From: Zygnema circumcarinatum SAG 698-1b
Lineage: Eukaryota; Plantae; Zygnematophyceae
Direction of reading: 5' to 3'
Assembly: GCA_037447605.1 (NCBI GenBank)
Contig: CM074806.1
Location: 1 to 64,000 of the forward strand
DNA length: 64,000 bases
The position numbers and the translations under genes are program-made. Shown one piece after another: positions 61,201-64,000 of this stretch (position 1 is the first letter of the stretch; every line of letters begins with the position of its first letter). A model generated the notes under the pieces. It was not told the origin of the DNA. It made no database searches and worked only from the letters and a program-made list of their open reading frames with translations.

Positions 61201-62100
61201 CCTCTGCCCTCTGCCCTCTGCCCTCTGCCCTCTGCCCTGCCCTCTGCCCTCTGCCCTCTGCCCTCTGCCCTCTGCCCTCTGCCCTCTGCCCTCTGCCCTC
61301 TGCCCTCTGCCCTCTGCCCTCTGCCCTCTGCCCTCTGCCCTCTGCCCTCTGCCCTCTGCCCTCTGCCCTCTGCCCTCTGCCCTCTGCCCTCTGCCCTCTG
61401 CCCTCTGCCCTCTGCCCTCTGCCCTCTGCCCTCTGCCCTCTGCCCTCTGCCCTCTGCCCTCTGCCCTCTGCCCTCTGCCCTCTGCCCTCTGCCCTCTGCC
61501 CTCTGCCCTCTGCCCTCTGCCCTCTGCCCTCTGCCCTCTGCCCTCTGCCCTCTGCCCTCTGCCCTCTGCCCTCTGCCCTCTGCCCTCTGCCCTCTGCCCT
61601 CTGCCCTCTGCCCTCTGCCCTCTGCCCTCTGCCCTCTGCCCTCTGCCCTCTGCCCTCTGCCCTCTGCCCTCTGCCCTCTGCCCTCTGCCCTCTGCCCTCT
61701 GCCCTCTGCCCTCTGCCCTCTGCCCTCTGCCCTCTGCCCTCTGCCCTCTGCCCTCAGGGGCTGACTCTGAGTGGGTGCTGCTCGCGCGTGTGCAGGGCCG
61801 CGACGGGTTCGTGATGGGCGAGGGCGCGGGCGTGCTCGTGCTCGAGGAGCTCGAACACGCCAAGGTGCGCCGCCGCCGGATAATGGCCCCTGCAATATGC
61901 TTCCCCCTGCTGCTGCTGCTTGAGCAGGACGGGTGAGGGATGAGGAGGGCTGAGGAGGGCAGAGGGGTGAGGGCGCAGAGTCGCGGCGCGAGCATCTACG
62001 CGGAGTTCCTCGGGGGGAGCTTCAGCTGCGACGCGTACCACATGACGGAGCCGCACCCCGAGGGTGCGCCATCTCGCCCGCCCCTCCTACCGAACCGAAC

Positions 62101-62131
<31 letters not shown>

Positions 62132-63048
62132 AGGAGGAGGAGGAGGAGGAGGAGGTCTCACACCGCGCGCTGAGGGGTGCAGGCCATGGCGTCAGCCTCT
62201 GCATCGAGCAGGCTCTGCAGTCGAGTGGGGTTCGGAGGGAGGATGTGAACTACATCAACGCGCATGCAACCTCCACACAGGCGGGCGACTTGCAGGAGTA
62301 CAAGGCCATTGTCAAGTCATTTGGTGGCAATGAGCAGGTCCGCATGCGTCACGCTGAGCCGTCCTGGGCCTTTGCATATGCACTGCACTTTAAGGTCATG
62401 CTGTTCGTGTCTTGTCCTCACGGGGCTTTCACCCGAATGTCAACGCTGGTTCTTTGCTTTTAATTCTGACAAGGGCGCAATGTGGCGAACATGTCCAGCT
62501 CAAAATCAACTCCACCAAGTCAATGATAGGCCATCTTTTGGGCGCTGCCGGCGCGGTGGAGGCCGTGGCGACAATCCAGGTGAAGGGCGCGCAGTGACTG
62601 CCGAGCAGCTTTCCGCCTTCCGTGCTGTTCCCTTGGCTGAACCCCCTGCTGACCCGGCCCGTGTGTGTGTGCGTCTCTGCAGGCCATCCGCAGCGGGTGG
62701 GTCCATCCCAACCTCAACGTGGACAACCCCGAGGACTTGGTGGTGAGGCCTCCTCGCCCTCCGCTGTTGGCAGCACTCGTCGTCTTGAAAGATGCATGAC
62801 ATGCATTGCACCGTGCGTGTCCTCCGGCATTCCGAACGAACCCGGGGGCTCGCTCGCTGGATTGTGGTCTGACCAGAGGACGTGCTGGGAGGGTGTCACT
62901 GCAGGACCCGAAGCTCATCGTGGGCCCCAAGAAAGAGAGGATGGACATAAAAGTCGCCCTCTCCAACTCCTTCGGCTTTGGAGGCCACAACTCGTCAATC
63001 CTCTTCGCACCGTATCGCGAGGAGGGGGCGGAGGCGCGCTCTGCATAG
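58204..63048 (+). CDS. KASII: 3-oxoacyl-ACP synthase II (KASII/FabF), plastid-targeted, multi-exon
   Basis: KASII-type N-terminus MALAAAVPLCGWLLAACVSS. Segments KRRVVVTGMGVV, RMDKFMMYALTAG, GILIGSAMGGM, MNPFCIPFATTNMG, GPNYSISTACATGNYC (Cys), RDGFVMGEGAG, YINAHATST (His), KSMIGHLLGAAG (His) and NSFGFGGHNSSILF. Confidence 0.97.
60851..61755 (+). repeat. (CCCTCTG)n heptamer satellite inside a KASII intron (60846-61795)
   Basis: About 900 bp of ccctctg units with a degenerate CT-rich middle block. The flanking exons join in frame as WDK/GRDGF. Confidence 0.97.
62100..62155 (+). repeat. Compound (CAG)n-(GGA)n microsatellite in a short KASII intron
   Basis: gcagcagcag..caaaggaggaggagg.., located between exons HPE|G and HGVSLC. 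Confidence 0.85.
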
Positions 63049-63609
63049 ACAGTGAACTTGAACACATGTATAATACATATATATTTTTATTCTTCGCTTC
63101 TAGGACTGGGATTTGAACGTGTGAATAGAAACACTGAAGATTTTGAGATAGTTCAGATTTTCACTTGAAGCTCTGCTCGTGTAATGCGTGTTCGATGTCA
63201 GTTGCCAGCGACTGTGACCAGACGCTCCATTGCCTGCCTGACTGCCTGCATGCACGACGCTCGCAAGGTCGCGGTCGCTCGCCGTGGCCGCCGCGCGGCC
63301 CCTGCCGGCGGGGGCGGCTAACTCAGAGTCAGAGTTTTGGGCGAAACAAACAAAGTGCGCGTGCATGCCTCCCCCGCTCCGTTCCGTCCCGGTCCTTGCC
63401 GCTCGGCGCCGTGTCGTTCCGTTCCGTTTCGTCCCGTTCCGCTCCGTGAACATGGGCATGGACGCGGCGGAGGTCCAGAGTGAAGGGCCGTACGGTATGG
63501 TACGGTACGGTACGGCTGCAGGCTGGCGGGCGCCCGGGCGGAGGGGGGGCGCGGCCATGGCGGGGTGAAGGCGCGAGGAGGGCAGAGAGGGGAGGGGGCG
63601 GGGGGCGCC

Positions 63610-63630
63610 ATGGAGAGTCTCATTTCTCAG
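63610..63630 (+). CDS. Possible first exon of the next gene (partial, unidentified)
   Basis: gcgccATGgagagtctcatttctcag|gtac at the end of a GC-rich island, matching the 5' architecture of other genes here. Too short to identify. Confidence 0.3.
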
Positions 63631-64000
63631 GTACTTTCTTCCCTGCTCCCTCCCGAGCCCTGGGCTGCTTCCCGCCAGCGCTGGCGCAGTGGCGCTTTGC
63701 GGAGAGCGTCAGCCTCCGCCCGCGGCGGGCGATGGGGGGCAGACAAGGCTCTTCGATGTTTCCAGAAATTAAACTGAAAATCTGCTGAAATCAGAGCACA
63801 GCTATGATATCCCTGGTTATTTCTGGAGGAAAAATAATTAACATGAAGACATCTCTTTAATTTCCCTTTTGGGGGGAGCGGTTGTAGGCCGAACTGGCCT
63901 TGCTCTCTTTCACATGGTCTTCTTCGAGTGACATAAATTAAACCGCATAAAATTTCCCGCGGGATCAATGATGATTGCGTTTCCATGGAAGCCTGCAGGT

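Noticed and set aside
60553-61995. 270-480 aa ORFs with AEGRGQR/LCPLPSA repeats
   Set aside because: They translate an intronic heptamer array, and the flanking KASII exons splice in frame across it.
1-64000. tRNA, rRNA or autonomous transposase/retroelement ORFs
   Set aside because: None could be recognised in the sequence.

Overview
Gene-dense 64 kb eukaryotic window with spliceosomal GT-AG introns and GC/CpG-rich 5' ends. It is most consistent with a streptophyte alga, possibly a zygnematophyte. This is inferred from a class II TCP factor plus plant-type KASII, AIRP2 and FHY1 genes occurring alongside a TRP channel that land plants lack. The left end carries a GGCC-rich satellite, short (CCCTAAAA)n telomere-like tracts and two minisatellites, suggesting a subtelomere. 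Eleven protein-coding genes were rebuilt by eye from spliced exons. Six are on the minus strand (SDF2-like, golgin CASP, KASIII, AIRP2-like RING E3, AAR2, FHY1-like HAD phosphatase). Five are on the plus strand (class II TCP, PTAR1-like prenyltransferase alpha subunit, EamA/DMT transporter, mucolipin/TRPML-like channel, KASII). There is a single divergent strand switch at about 33-35 kb. Intergenic DNA holds several non-autonomous DNA transposons, including a hAT element with an 8-bp TSD and a nested foldback element. It also holds a dispersed ~200 bp repeat and long simple-sequence tracts. The standout is the multi-exon TRPML homolog, which has an atypical NGDV selectivity filter. All homology calls come from motif recognition, not database searches. 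Most long ORFs in the supplied track are artefacts of GC-rich or repeat DNA.
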